DNA from: Vicugna vicugna
Taxonomy: Eukaryota
Assembly: GCA_013265495.1 (NCBI GenBank)
Contig: MU061579.1
Coordinates: forward strand, 3,469,319-3,533,318
Length of the DNA: 64,000 nucleotides
Reading direction: 5' to 3'
Below are positions 25,728 through 39,464 of this stretch, piece by piece. Below the pieces are notes generated by a model that was given only the letters and a program-made list of their open reading frames with translations, ran no database searches and was not told the origin of the DNA. The position numbers and the translations under genes are program-made. Position 1 is the stretch's first letter, and every line of letters begins with the position of its first letter.

Positions 25728-28700
25728 AAACCATGCAGTCTCTAAAATAATCGGGGGACTAGAATCAATAGACTTTTTTCACCTCTGAGTTCTCATCAGA
25801 AACTATAGTTCATGTTTGTAAAACACCTTATTTCATGTTGCATTCTTCAGTGTTATAATTGTTCAATTGATCTATCTTTCCAAGTAGACTATAGACCACT
25901 CAAGGACAAAAAAACTATGTACTACTCATTTATGTACTTGTTATGTATAGCATAGATTTATGCCCTTTTGCAGGAGATGAACAACTGCCTGTTAACTGAA
26001 TGTTTGTTTGGCTACCAGGGGAAACTGTAAAAGAGGGAATTATATAGATGCATTTAGGTCATAATGTGTCATCATTAAGATGTTAATGAAAGCAAAAGAG
26101 AACACCGAAAGGGGACTGATTCGAGATGAATTCACTGAACTGGGTTTGGGCATAGTGTATGAGTTGCTGGTGTGCAACTTTGTTAGAAATTACTTCATGC
26201 AAGAAATGTGGGATGAGTCAAGAGAAAAGGATCTGTAAAAATGAGAGTCACCAAGATACACACAAATAATGAAACCATGTAAATAGATGATATTTTACAT
26301 GAAAAAACCTTGATAATCCTGCATATTAAAAAGTTAGGTATAAGAGAAAGTACCAGTGAAGGAGTTGAAAAGGAACACAAAGGAAAGAGCTAGACAGAAA
26401 AATCAGTCCTATAAAGGAAAAACATTTAAGGAATAGATAACCAAAATTGTCAAATACTAAATAGAAAGTAAAGGAGACAAGGACTGAAATAACAGTAATT
26501 ATGACGTGAAACAGTATTACCAATACTAAACTTAGTAGTGAGAGAGATAAAAAGTCAACAAACAAAAGGAGAAAGAGTACATGTGCCAGACACTTCTATT
26601 GTTCATTGATAGACAGTTCTCTTTTTAAAGGCATACAGAAGTCAACTCTTCCCTATGACTTATAGACGGGTAAGATCAGGTGACTAATGTTGACTAAAAA
26701 CATGTGACAAAAAATAAAACATTATACCTTGACTAACATATTTAATTGCAACAGAAAGCCACTTTGTGTCTTCTCCTACAAAACAGACAGCCACATAATC
26801 TAAAGAGTGCAGCTATACCAGGAAGGTCTGTGAGTGACTTTGTGGAGTGGGATTCTACTAACCTCATTGATACAATGAGCCATGAAGAAATTTAAACAGA
26901 TTAAACTGGGCTAATCCTTAGGTGTTTTCTGAAGGAAAGCTAATAAAAAGACGAATGGCAGTTTGAGAGGTAAACAAAATGAAGGCAATGGTTTAAGTTG
27001 AGTGACGTAATATTTTTGCAGCTAAGGAAAATGGATAAGTGAATCAAGGGACTGAAAATATATAAGTATAATAAATGGAAGGCATATAAAGAGAACATAA
27101 GTCAAAATCCTCTCCTTCTTGGGAAATTCTACAGACAAAACTCATGGCTAGGTTTACCATAGGCTTGTGGATATGGAGTAAGTACCAAAGGTTAGCTGAG
27201 AGGCGAAACCACGCAGAGAATGAGTAAGGAATGAAGATACAGCTGAAATTGTATCTGTTGCACCCAGGATGGGTAACAAGATGAATGCATGTTGACAGGG
27301 ATGATTGAGGGGCAATTATTGAAACACTGAGAATGTCTAAACAGAATTAGTCATTCTTACTGTTAAACTTGAACAAAGTTTACAGGTAGACCAGAGGAGA
27401 ACTGGCTAATTTCATTTGTAGAATATCAGGGAAGGATGAAGACAGGAGATAATATACTTACAAAATGAGTGCTTTTGGAAGATAAACAGGAGTTTGGTTG
27501 GGAGATGAATTAGGGGAAGCCATTTCAAGTAGAGAGAACTAATTTGGAAGTAATATATAATCAGATGTTTCAGAAATACAAGCAATGTAGAATAATAGAG
27601 CAATGAGATACTAAGAAAAATTAGGCAAATTCTAAATCTCTTGTTATTTTCCTTGCTTAGGATTTGGACTTCATGTTAGAGGGAAAATAATACTATTAAA
27701 CAATACAGGGACATAATACATCTTTCATTCTAGAAAAACTGAATCACCAAATGGCTAATACAATTTAAACTCCATAAAAAGGTATCAAAGTGTACATATC
27801 TTACAAACTTTGGTATGATTCAATTTATTTATTTGTTTTATGGGGTTGTAATAATAATTTATGAAGTGCTATTTCATCCTCAAAAGAGATGGGCTAACAT
27901 CACAGTTTCAAAATTACCAAGTATTTTGTTTTGCCACACCTGTCAAAGGCTTAGGTAAGTTTTGTCATTGAGGTTTTTGGTCCATTTTGCAAAACAGACA
28001 TAAGAACAATTGTACTCAGTTCTTTTGTAAAGGAAAAAGGGATGTCAACAATTTATAAAAAGGAAGAAATTATTTAATAAGGCTATAACCCTTATAACCA
28101 AATAATGTGGAGAAGCAATATATATAATAACTCTTCCAGTATGTACCAAGCTTCAAAGTATTTTTGATGTTTTCTACTAATTAAAAGGACTCACTGTAGC
28201 TACATTCACAAAATATTTGAAATGGTCATATTTAAACTTTTGATGTTTTACCTTAGTGCTTACCTTTAAAATTGTAATCATCTCTATGATGCTACTTTGA
28301 ATCTGCTCTAAATTTACTATACTAACTTTTGTGATGCCTCAACTATTGGCACAGCGTTCTAAACAACTCTGAGGGATGACTGAGGTAATCACTTTGAATA
28401 ATTCCTCAAGTGGCAAACTTCTGCCATTTGCTTAAGAAAACTTTCAAAATAAGCTCAATTACCATTACGAGAAAAAGTTTCTACTTAGTCAACTCTTATT
28501 ACAGTTGTTTCTTCATTTTTAATTTCACACTATCTTGGCATTAACTTAACCATCAATCATCTCCCATCTGTATTCCTGTAGTGTTTTCTCCATCCTTTCA
28601 TATAGCAATTGTCGCCAAGAAGCTCCACAAGGAGAAAGATTATTTTTAATCTCAGTAACTATGTTTAATAAGGTTTTAATACATTTTATTTGAATAAAAT

Positions 28701-31700
28701 TTTCATTAAGGACAATAGAAGGCAAATTAATTTTCTAAAAAGATAAGTTGCCTACATTGAAATGCTAGTCAACAAAAAAAATCTATAAACATCCCTTATA
28801 TCTAAAATATTTTCTGAAAAAAAGTCCTAAAATTTCCTCTGTTAAGCTGAGGTATAATCTTCAGGAGTAATCTTAAATTGTAGGGCACATATTATATTAG
28901 GTAAGATGAAGATATAAATACTAAAATAATGTTGTATGTGTAGAGAGCCTTTTACAGTGAATACATGTATTTTACACACATTTGATTCTTGGAACATCCA
29001 TATACAGCAGGTAGACCTGGTATTATTACTCTCCCACTTCAGAGGAGAACATTAAAAGACTAAAATCTTAAGATATTTTTCCTAAAAACACTCAACAACC
29101 AAATGACATTGGGATATTATCCAGGTTTCCTAGCTCCAGGTTTGTATTCTTTCTACTAAATCACTACATAAATTCAACAGACAGAGTTATGCAATAAAAA
29201 ATCTGTATTAAAGCCATGAAACCATAGAGAATAAGGATAAAACTTGTACATTAGGACTATTGATAAAGTAATAGAAAGAAAGACTGAGGAGAATTTAAAC
29301 ATGAAGATTTAAATGTGTCACACCTAACAAGGCTGCAATATGGAATAAAACTCTACTTGTATCACTACGAAGAGCTGAAGAAATGAATATAATTACTTAA
29401 AAATTGAATTTACGTAAACCAGAAAATATAAGAAATATCCCAAAGTATACTTATGATATAAAAAGCTATGCTCATTTGATTTAAAATTATGATTAAGGGA
29501 GAAAAGGCAAACACTAACACAGTCCACTGTTAATCAAATACACAAACTAACCTCTTTCAAGGTCTGAATCTTCTTTAGAACAAAATGTAATATAGAGGTC
29601 AGGCACCAAAGGGTCAAAAATAACAGGAAAGATAAACACCATTTATTTCCCTGTGAAGAAAATTTGTAGCTAGACTAGTGATGCAGTACTTACATTATGC
29701 TGACATACTGGCTGTTAAGACTTATGTGGAAAGCTGGGTTCAGGAAAATAATAACGTGCAATTGTGCATAGTTTTGAAGGATGGTGGTAGCATCTGTGTT
29801 ACACTGTCCTTGCTGACTAAATCACTCTTGCTTATTGGAATCTACTTTAGGGGCAAAATTTTTGCAGAACACTGGAGTTGAATCTAATGGATAAAGATTT
29901 TATATTGCCTTTGGGATGCTATTCTACAGAGGCATCATTTGAAGTCTCACATTTATATCAAATTAATGTCAAGGTTGTTTGCAAAAGTTTGTGCTGTTCT
30001 GAAAAATTCTATTAACTGAAGCCAGAGAATTTCTTTATTATTCAACGTTCTTTTTCCTCTTTCACTATCATTTTTCTCCTTATAAGGTGACAAAATAAAA
30101 GATACATCTTTTATGTATAACAATTAAGGTTTTAGGTTCAGAAGACTTGCACTTCAAATTTGAATTTTTCTACTTAGCTAAATGCCCATATGCAGGTTAC
30201 ATGTACTACTTTAATCTATTAGGTTTCTAAAAGAACAAAACAGGTGAAATTAACACCTACCACTTAGGATGAATATTAAACAACATAATACTTATCCAAG
30301 AACACAAAGCCATGCCTTTTATATATTAGGTACTGATAACATATTCATGGAAGATTCTGCTATTTGCTCCTCCACAAAGCATAACTCTCCTTCTTCTTTA
30401 CCATTAGAACACTTGATGCTACATGAATTAGAATTGAAGGTGATTATCAGCTCCATCCCTCTGCAGCTAGAAATGATCCATTAAATGAGTTAAAGCAGAA
30501 TTTAGGTTGTGCTTTCCTTATTATAATTCATATCCTTCTCCCTTAGTATGTCATTTTCATTCAGACTGGAAAATAGATGCAGACTGATGATGCAGCAGCC
30601 ATCTTGAAACCAAAAGGACAGACTACACCCTTAAGATATTAGAATGCCCAAGTGATAATTTTAAAAAATGATTGGTTCCTTAATGTTATCATGTTTTTAC
30701 CCCATCCTAAAATGCTTATCTCTCGACATATTAGAGAACATGAGAAAAATAAACAACTATTTGTTAAAGGCATTCTATCAGCTATTCCATAGAATGCATA
30801 TAAACACAGTCATCAGTGACTTAAGTTTTGATGGGATCTAATAATGTATTTTTAGTCATTTCTGCTATGTATGATCTTATCTCATATGATGTTATGACTA
30901 TCCTATTCTAACTGTATCAAAAAGTTCATTTAAAAACTATTATTAAAATTATTTATCTATCAACTTTATAAGAAACAATAAAAGCCAACTGGCATATTAA
31001 ATAGAAACTATATAGGGTACTCACTATGTCTAGATGGACTGCACTCTTATAAATGTCAACACAGTTTTATGTAAACCTCATGGTAACCACAAAGCAAAAA
31101 CCTATAATAGATTCCAAAAGATAAAGAAAATAGAGAATTAGAACATACCAATACAGAAAATTACTACTTCACAAAGGAACACCAAAAAGAAACAAGGGAA
31201 CCAAAAAAAAAAAAAGGCCAGAAAACAAAAAGATGGCATTAGTAAGCCCTTATCTATCAACACTTAATCTAAATGTAAGTGAATTGAATTCTCTAATCAA
31301 AAGGCATATAGAGTGGCTAGATAGAAAAAAACAAGGCCCAACTATATGCTGCCTACAGAAGACTTACTTCAGCTTTAATGACACATATAGACTCAAAGTG
31401 AAGGGGCAAAAAAAGATATCTCATGCAAGTGGAAATCAAAAAAGAGCAGGGATAGCTATACTCATACAGGAAAAAATAGACATTAAGCCAACAGTAACAA
31501 AAGACAATGAAGGTTGCTGCATTATGATAAAATGCTTGATTCATCAAAAAATATAAATCATAACTATATACACATACAATATTGGAGTACCTAAATATGT
31601 TAAGCAAATACTAACAGATTAAAGAGAAAAATAGAAAATAACACAATAGAAGGTCACTTTAATACCTTAATTTCAGCAATGGATATATCATCTAGACAGA

Positions 31701-34700
31701 AGATGAATGGAAAAAAAAAGAAAATTGGAATTGAACAATACTTTAGACCAAATGGACCTAACAGATAAAGAGAGAACATTCCATCAACAGCAGCAGGATA
31801 CACATTCTTCTTAAGGGCACATAGAACATTCTTCAGAACAGATTATATGAAAGGCCACAAAACAAATCTTAGCAAATTTAAGAAGATCGAAATCACATCA
31901 AGTACCCTTCTGATTAGAAAATACAAAAATAGAAATAAATAACAGGAGAAAAACTGAACAGTTTACAAATACATACAAATTAAACAACATACTCCTGGGT
32001 CAAATGGGTCAAAGAAGAAACCAAAAAGGAAATAAAAGTATATGTTGAATAAAAATGGAGAAAAAAAATCATACTAAACCTGTGAGATGCTACAAAAGCA
32101 GTCCTAAGATGAAGGTGTACAGCAATAAATCAGTATTACTAGGAAAAAAGAAAGACCTCTTGAAACAACTTAACTTCACACTTTATGGAACTAGAAAAAA
32201 GAAGAACAAGATAAGCTTAAAGTTGGAAGAAGAAAGGAAATAACAAAGATTGGCAGAGAAATAAAATGAATCAGGGACCAGAAAAACAATGGAAAAGATC
32301 AATGAAACTCAAAGTTTATATCTGAAAAGAAAACAAAACTCACAAATATTTAGCTAGACTAAAGTAGAGAAAACTCAAATAAATAAATCAGAAATGAACA
32401 AAGAGACACTCCAACTGATACCATGAAATACACAGGATTTTAAGAGCCTACTATGTACATTAGAATGCCAACAAATTGAGTAATCTAGAAAAATGGATAA
32501 ATTCCTAGAAACTTACAACTTACCAAAACTATATCATAAAGAAACAGAAAATATTAAAAGTATAATAATGAATAAGGAGATTCAATTAGTAACCAAGAAC
32601 CTCCCAAAAGAAAAGCCCAGGACCAAATGGTTTCACTGGTAAAGTCTACCAAACATTTTAAAAAGAATTAGTGCCAATCCTTCTCAAATTCCTTCAGAAA
32701 TTGTAGATAAAGGAACAGAACCTAACTCTTTTTATGAGACCATCCTAACCCTGATACCAAAGCTAGATAAAGATACTACAATAAAATAAAACTACAGAGA
32801 AATTCTCTTATGAATATTGATTTAAAGTTACTCAATATAGTATTAAAAAAATCTGAATAGCACATTAAAGAATCATACATCATGATTAAGGAGGTTTTAT
32901 CACTAGGATGCAAAGATTCAATATGCCCAAATTAATAACTATAATACACCACATTAATGAAATGAACCATAAAAATCATTTGACAAAATACATTGTTTTA
33001 CAATAAAAAAAACCGTTAACAAATTGCATGTAAAAGGAACAAACCTGAATGTAATAAAGACCATATATGACAAACCCATAGCAAACACCAAACTCAATAG
33101 TGAAAGTTTGAACATTTTTCCTCTAAGATCACAAATAAGACAAGGGTGCCCAGTCTCACCAATCTTATGCAAAACAGTGCTGGAAGTCCTAATCAGATCA
33201 GGCCAGACAATGAAAGAAAAGGCATTTAAATAAGAAAGGAAGAAGTAAACTTGTCCCTGTTTGCAGATGGTATAATATTATATGTAGAAAATCCTGAAGA
33301 TGCCATCAAAAAAACTGTTAAAAGTAATCAACAAATTCAAAAAGTTGCAGGATACAAAATCAACACTAAGAAGTCAGCTGTATTTCTATACACTAACAAC
33401 AAAATATCTGAAAAAAAGAAAGAAATAAAATAATCCTATTTACAGTAACACCAGAAACAATAAAATACTTAGGAGTGATTTTGACCAAGGAGGTGAAAGA
33501 TCTTGTACCTGAGAGTACAAGACATTGATGGAAGAAACTGAAGGCACTACAAACAAATTAAAAGATATTCATGTTCATGGGCTGAAAGAATTAATACTGT
33601 TAAAATTTTCACGACATTCAAAGCCATCTATAGACTCAGTGCAATTTCTATCAAAATTCTAATGCCACTTTTCAGAATAAGAGATTAAACAATCCTAAAA
33701 TTTGTATGAAACCAAAAAAGACCCTGAATAGCCAAAGCAATCCTGAGAAAGAAAAGAAAAGAAAAAAGAGCCCAAGGCATCACACTTCAAGCTATACTAT
33801 AAAGATATATTAATCAAAACAGTGCAGAAGTGGCATAAAAACAGACACATAAAATAATGCAACAGAACAGAGGGCCCAGAAAGAAACCCTACATATATGG
33901 TCACCTAATGTTTGATATGGGAACTGAGAATACTCAATGGGGAAAGGATAGTCTCTTCAATAAATCGTGTTGGGAAAACTGGATAACGATGTGCAGAAAA
34001 ATAAAGTCGAATCCTTATCTTACAACACTCAGAAAAATTAACTTAAAATGGATTAAAGAGTAAAATATAAGAACTGAAATTGAAAAACTTCCTAGAAGAA
34101 AAAAATAAGAAATAAATTCCTTGATATTGGTTTTGGTAAGATTTTTTTAATATGGCACCAAAAGCGCAAGCAATAAAAGCAAAAATCAGTAAGCGGGACT
34201 ACGTCAAACTAAAAAGCTTCTTCACAGAAGAAGAAATCATCAACAAAATGAAAAGGCAACTCACAAAATAGAAGATGTTTGCAAACCATATATCTGATAT
34301 GGGATTAACATGTAGTATGTATAAAGAACTTATAGAACTCATTAATAGAAGAAATAATCTGATTTTTTTAAATGGGCAGAAGAGCTGAATAAACATTTTC
34401 CCAAAGAAGACATACAGATGCCTAACAGGTACATGAAAAGGTTTTCAACATCAGTAATCATCAGTGAAATACAAATAAAAACCACAATGTGATATCACCT
34501 CATACATGTTAGAATGGCTTTCAACAAAAACACAAGACATAAGTGTTGTCAAGGATTTGAAGGAAAGAGAACTCTTATGCACTGTTGATGTAAATGTAAA
34601 TTGATACAATCACTATGGAAAACAATATAAAGATATATCAATAAATTAAAAACAAAACTACCATATGATCAATCAATTCCACTTCTGGAATTGATATGGA

Positions 34701-34864
34701 ATTGGATCTATACATCCAAAGGAAATGAAAACAGAATACTGAAGAGATGTATGCACTCCTATGTTGCTGCAATATTAGTCATAGTAGCCGAGATATGGAA
34801 ACCACATAGGTATCTGTCAACTAATGAATGGATAAAGAAGATGTCACATGTGTATTTGTCTCAA

Positions 34865-34871
34865 ACACACA

Positions 34872-34901
<30 letters not shown>
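34865..34901. repeat. (CA)n microsatellite within L1
   Basis: acacacac... run with one interruption. Confidence 0.95.
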
Positions 34902-34902
<1 letters not shown>

Positions 34903-35202
34903 TCAAGAATATTACTCAGCATGAAAAAGAAGGAAATCCTGCCACTTGTGACAATATGGATGGACCTTGAAGGTATTGTGGTAAATAAAATAAGTCAGAC
35001 AGAGAAAGATAAACACTGCATGGTATCACTTAGTGTAATCTATAAGTTTGAACTCATCAGAACAGAGTTGGGTAGTTGTTGCCAGGGACTAGAGAATGGG
35101 GAAAATGGGGAGATGTGGTTAAATGTACAAACTTCCAGTGAGAGGATGAAAAGTTCTGGGGATCTAATACACAGAATTGTGATTATAGTTAACAACAAAG
35201 TA

Positions 35203-35409
35203 TAGCTGACCCTTGAAAAATACAGGTGTTGGGGGTGCCTACTTCGGCACAAAAATTCAAGTATAACTTTACAGTTGGCCTCCGTGGTTCTTCATTGATG
35301 AATTCAACCAACTGTAGATCTTGTAGAACTATAGTGTGTATTTATGGAAAAAAATTCATATATAAGTGGACTCATGTAGTTCAAACCCATGTTGTTCAAA
35401 GGTCAACTG
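35203..35409. mobile_element. TcMar-Tigger2-derived MITE (Tigger2a_Art-like) nested in the L1 3'UTR
   Basis: Terminal inverted repeats tagctgacccttgaa / ttcaaaggtcaactg; TA at 35201-35202 and 35410-35411; L1 3'UTR resumes after it. Confidence 0.9.
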
Positions 35410-35773
35410 TATTACATATATTCAAAAGTTTCTAAGAGGGTAGATCTTAAGTGTACTCACCATAGAAAAGAAACGGTAATTAAGTGACAGGATGAAGATG
35501 TTAACTAATGTCAAGGTGGTAATCGCTTTGCATCACACATGAGTATCATACTGACATGATGCACATCTTAAACTTACACAAAGTTATATGTCAATTATAG
35601 CTCAATAAAGCAGAAAAAAATAAGTGCCAGGTAAAATAGGTAAGGCATTCAACACAGAAAAATAATATGGTATAATGAGATAAATAACTGACTCTAGATA
35701 GAGGGGAGCTTTCATCACTGATTGCTATTTTGAGTCATTTGAGAAATTTTTCTCAAAAATACTGGCTTTCCAA

Positions 35774-36035
35774 CAGATATAGAAAACAAACTTATGGTTA
35801 CCAAAGGGAAATTGGGGAGAGCTAAATTAAGAGTTTGGAATTAACAGATGCACAGTACTATGTATGAAGTAGATAAACAACAAGGTCCTAATGCACTTGA
35901 CAGGGAACTACATTCAATATCTCATAATAGCCTATAATGAAAAAGAATATATATAACTGAATCATTATGCTGTACACCAGAAAGTAACATAAGACTGTAA
36001 ATCAACTAAACAATAAAAAAATAATTTGTCAAAAA
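35774..36035 (+). mobile_element. 5'-truncated L1 3' end (cetartiodactyl-type) with degenerate TSD
   Basis: 'gaaaacaaacttatggttaccaaaggg...ataactgaatcattatgctgtacaccagaaa'; flanks aaaaatactggctttccaa and aaatttattgactttccaa. Confidence 0.85.
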
Positions 36036-38969
36036 AAATTTATTGACTTTCCAATTATATCATAATCGCTAAAGATTTATCATGACAACAATTTGACTCA
36101 TTTTGAGAAACACTGCCCCTAGAGCAACATACTCCTAATCAAATCTTAAATAGGGAAAAAGCATACTTTTCCAGTGGAACATATGAAAAATGCAGAGTTC
36201 AAATCTGCTAATTATAGGATTTTTTTAATATTTCTGTGAAAATAATTACATTTTTCTTTAATTTTTAAATTTTTCTAAAGCATTCTAATTCATTTAATGG
36301 GTAATTATTTTATTCTGTTGATCTGTACCACTAAAAAAACTATTTCAACATCTGCTAGTCTTTAGTTATTTGTTTCTGCTAGAGGGCCAGTGTGTGTGTG
36401 TGTGCATGTGTGTGTGTGTTCTAATGGTTTGTATCTTTTGATGTATAATATTTATGAAATTGACTTCACATATCAACAAAAAGTCTGGCTAATGGCACCT
36501 ACTTTTGTGTTAGTGTTTTATATGTTACACAACTTGCACAAAATATCTTTTATTTAAGCTAAATAAACATAACCAGATAAAATTCTGCAAGCAAAATTTT
36601 AAAAGCTTAGAGTATCCCTTGAACAAACAGTGGGAAATGTTTGCAGGTTTGTACTTAATAGTTTATATTGTTTAGTTTAGGTACAACACAATGTAACTAA
36701 ACCAAAACAAAACTGCATACAAAGTCCGTGTGCTCTAAAATTCTGTGATTTTTACACATTTTATGGGTCTATTTTGACATTGGTACATATAGCGAAATCT
36801 TAATCCATTTCTTTGAGAAGCAGCAAAAGTAAGGCCAACTCAATTGACCATGTATTATAAATAGAATTTGAGTGTAGGTTTAGGAAATGGTGTGAAGACT
36901 GCACTTCAAATTGATTTTAATTCCAATCTGGGGGTGGTGTAGGGTAGGTGTCTTCAGACTGTATTTAAGTGGAGACTCTGATGAATTTTGAAGAACAGAA
37001 TGGCAGAATGAAATCTATATTTTAGCAAGATTAATTTGGCAGTGCTACATTAAATGGATTGACAGAAATAACAATTTAAGGACAAAACGCCAGCTAGGAA
37101 GCTATTACTGTGGTTTGACTTAAATGTGTTGGCAAAAAGTTAAACAGCAATAGAAATATTACAACAAAGAAATACATGAGATTTCAAAATAACCTCAGGA
37201 ATAAAACAGGGACAACAAAAATTACCCAAGTTCTAATTCCATGTAGTCCAAAGAATGTTCATGAATATTAATGAAAAAGAGGAACAGGAAAAATATAAAG
37301 CACCTGAATATGTAATAGAAGCCACTGAAGATGTATAGCAGTCCTAGAATAAGCGTGGAACCTAGATATAAAAATTATGTAAATAATTCCAAATTCTTTC
37401 TTAGGAACAGTAGTTGTAGTTCAATGGAAGTTTTCCTAGAATAACAATGATTGCCATGTGTTAGTTGTTATAAAGGACCTTTCGTGGTTAGGCTAAAAAA
37501 ACCATCTCCCCTGCTAGACAAATTGCCGGGTTCAGTTTGCTGCCTTTGTATCCAAGGACTTCTTGCACCATCAGTGTACTCTTAATAGCCCCTTTCTGGT
37601 TCTCTTGTTGATCTGTGATGATGCTCAGGAGAATCAAGAAATACTAAGACTTTTTTCTATAAACTATATTTTGCTTGGGTCTGAAAAGACCCTTATGAAA
37701 ATAAGAAAGGGCAGGATAAATTCTACCTTTTTTCCCTGATAGTAACCTGATGTTACAATGATATGCTTTCTATTGTGATTATTTTCTAGAAGTGTTTTGT
37801 TAATCTGCCCCTTATACTAAACTATGACATTATTAAACCAATGGACAAGAGAGATCTAAAATACAAATGCAAATTATTCACTAGTTATTTTGGTTCAACA
37901 GTGTTAAAAATGACTATGTTCTATTTGAAACTTACATTTAATTATTCACAGAATCATAGCTAAATTTTAAGTAAATTAAAAATTGTAAAACCCAGACCTC
38001 CTGCATTCAGGGATTTCAAATATGATCGTTCCATTTTCAAATGAGTTTACTGACACACAGAAAAGTTAAACCATTTACTTACAATTACATAGCCAGATTT
38101 TAGCGAACCAGATCCCAATAATTCAGTCTCTCCTTTCATTGTTTCTACCCTTATTCCCATTTCCCTTCAATAGTTATTGCAATATTAATGTAAACAGGAA
38201 ATACTATGTTTGGGATTTATAATATTAAGGAAGAATGATCAACATAAGGGATATAAACTGAATAATAATGAAAAATTAGTCTCGTGTCCTTGGCAAGAAG
38301 CACCAACAGCACACTATAATTAATTGCAGCTGCTTTCACATAGCAATTGTGCAGTTTCCTTTTCTTTCCAGGAGTTGCTGAATCAGGCTATACAGCAAAG
38401 TTGATGTATACCTTCCGTGGAAATGAGATGTTTTAGATGCACTGTTCTCGGATGCCAGGATGGATGACAGTGTGAGATGTAATCCTTTCCTGTTTAATGC
38501 AACCCAAACCAATCTACATTCCAGAAGTCATTTGATTTCTTCCCTCTACAGTGCTATCAGATAGCAACTAGCTCTCTGGGGATCCCATTGATGCTGAGAT
38601 TGCACAAGCTAGTGATTACACTGCTGAATCAGTCTGTAATCAATCTTGCATCCTACTGATCTTCTTTGGAGTTCTTCTTTTGATCACCAAGTAATGGGAA
38701 ACACAGCATGCTAAAGAATAATATAGTTTCATCTAATTGTAGCTCCATTGAAAAGGCCTCTGGGTACTCGTGTATTCACCTTTCAATAAAAGTGTTTATA
38801 ATGTAGTCAGTTTCTAAAGTCAAAAGAGATAATTACTACAGAGTTTGCTTGATTTATCTTTAGTATAAAAGTATCATTTAAAATTTTCTGAGTTCTCTAA
38901 ATAAATATACTTTTCTAAGATAAAAAAAATGTGCTTTTCTTCTCTTCTGTTTTTCTATTTATGGTCACT

Positions 38970-39047
38970 CCAGAATTTGGAGCGAAGGGAACACTGGTGC
39001 ACTGTTAGTGGGAATGTAAATTGGTACAGCCTTTATGGAAAACAGTA
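38970..39047 (+). mobile_element. Short sense L1 ORF2-end fragment
   Basis: 'gcactgttagtgggaatgtaaattggtacagcctttatggaaaacagta'. Confidence 0.8.
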
Positions 39048-39433
39048 CAGCTTTATTAAGATATAATGTACATGCCATGAGACTTATCCTTTTAAACTGT
39101 GTATTCACTGGCTTTTTAAGTCATATTAACAGAGTTACGGAATCATTACTACTAATTTTAGAATATTTTCATCCCCAAATAAAACACACCCACTAGCAGT
39201 CACTCTCCATTTTCCTTTCCCCCATCTTCTAGCAACCACTACTGTCTATGTCTATGTCTATGTCTATGTCTATGTCTATGTATATTTATCAATTCAAGAC
39301 ACTTACACAAATGGAATCATATAATACATGATTACTTTTACTACTTTCTTCCACTTAGCATAATGTTTTCAAGGTTTATCCATATTGCAGTATGTTTCAG
39401 TACTTTATTTTAGTGACCAAATAGTATTCCATG

Positions 39434-39464
<31 letters not shown>

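Larger units (their letters stand above)
31031..35620 (+). mobile_element. L1 with nearly complete decayed ORF2, 3'UTR and poly(A) signal
   Basis: Endonuclease start MALVSPYLSTLNLNV (31233); RT segments RQGCPVSPIL and [31 protein letters not shown] at 35604-35609 and short A tail; many stops and frameshifts. Confidence 0.95.

Noticed and set aside
31233..35205. Cluster of + strand ORFs
   Set aside because: Frameshifted fragments of L1 ORF2 and 3'UTR, not a host gene or an active element
38352..38440. Strong-looking acceptor tttccttttctttccag|G
   Set aside because: All three frames stop within ~70 nt and no gene context supports a coding exon
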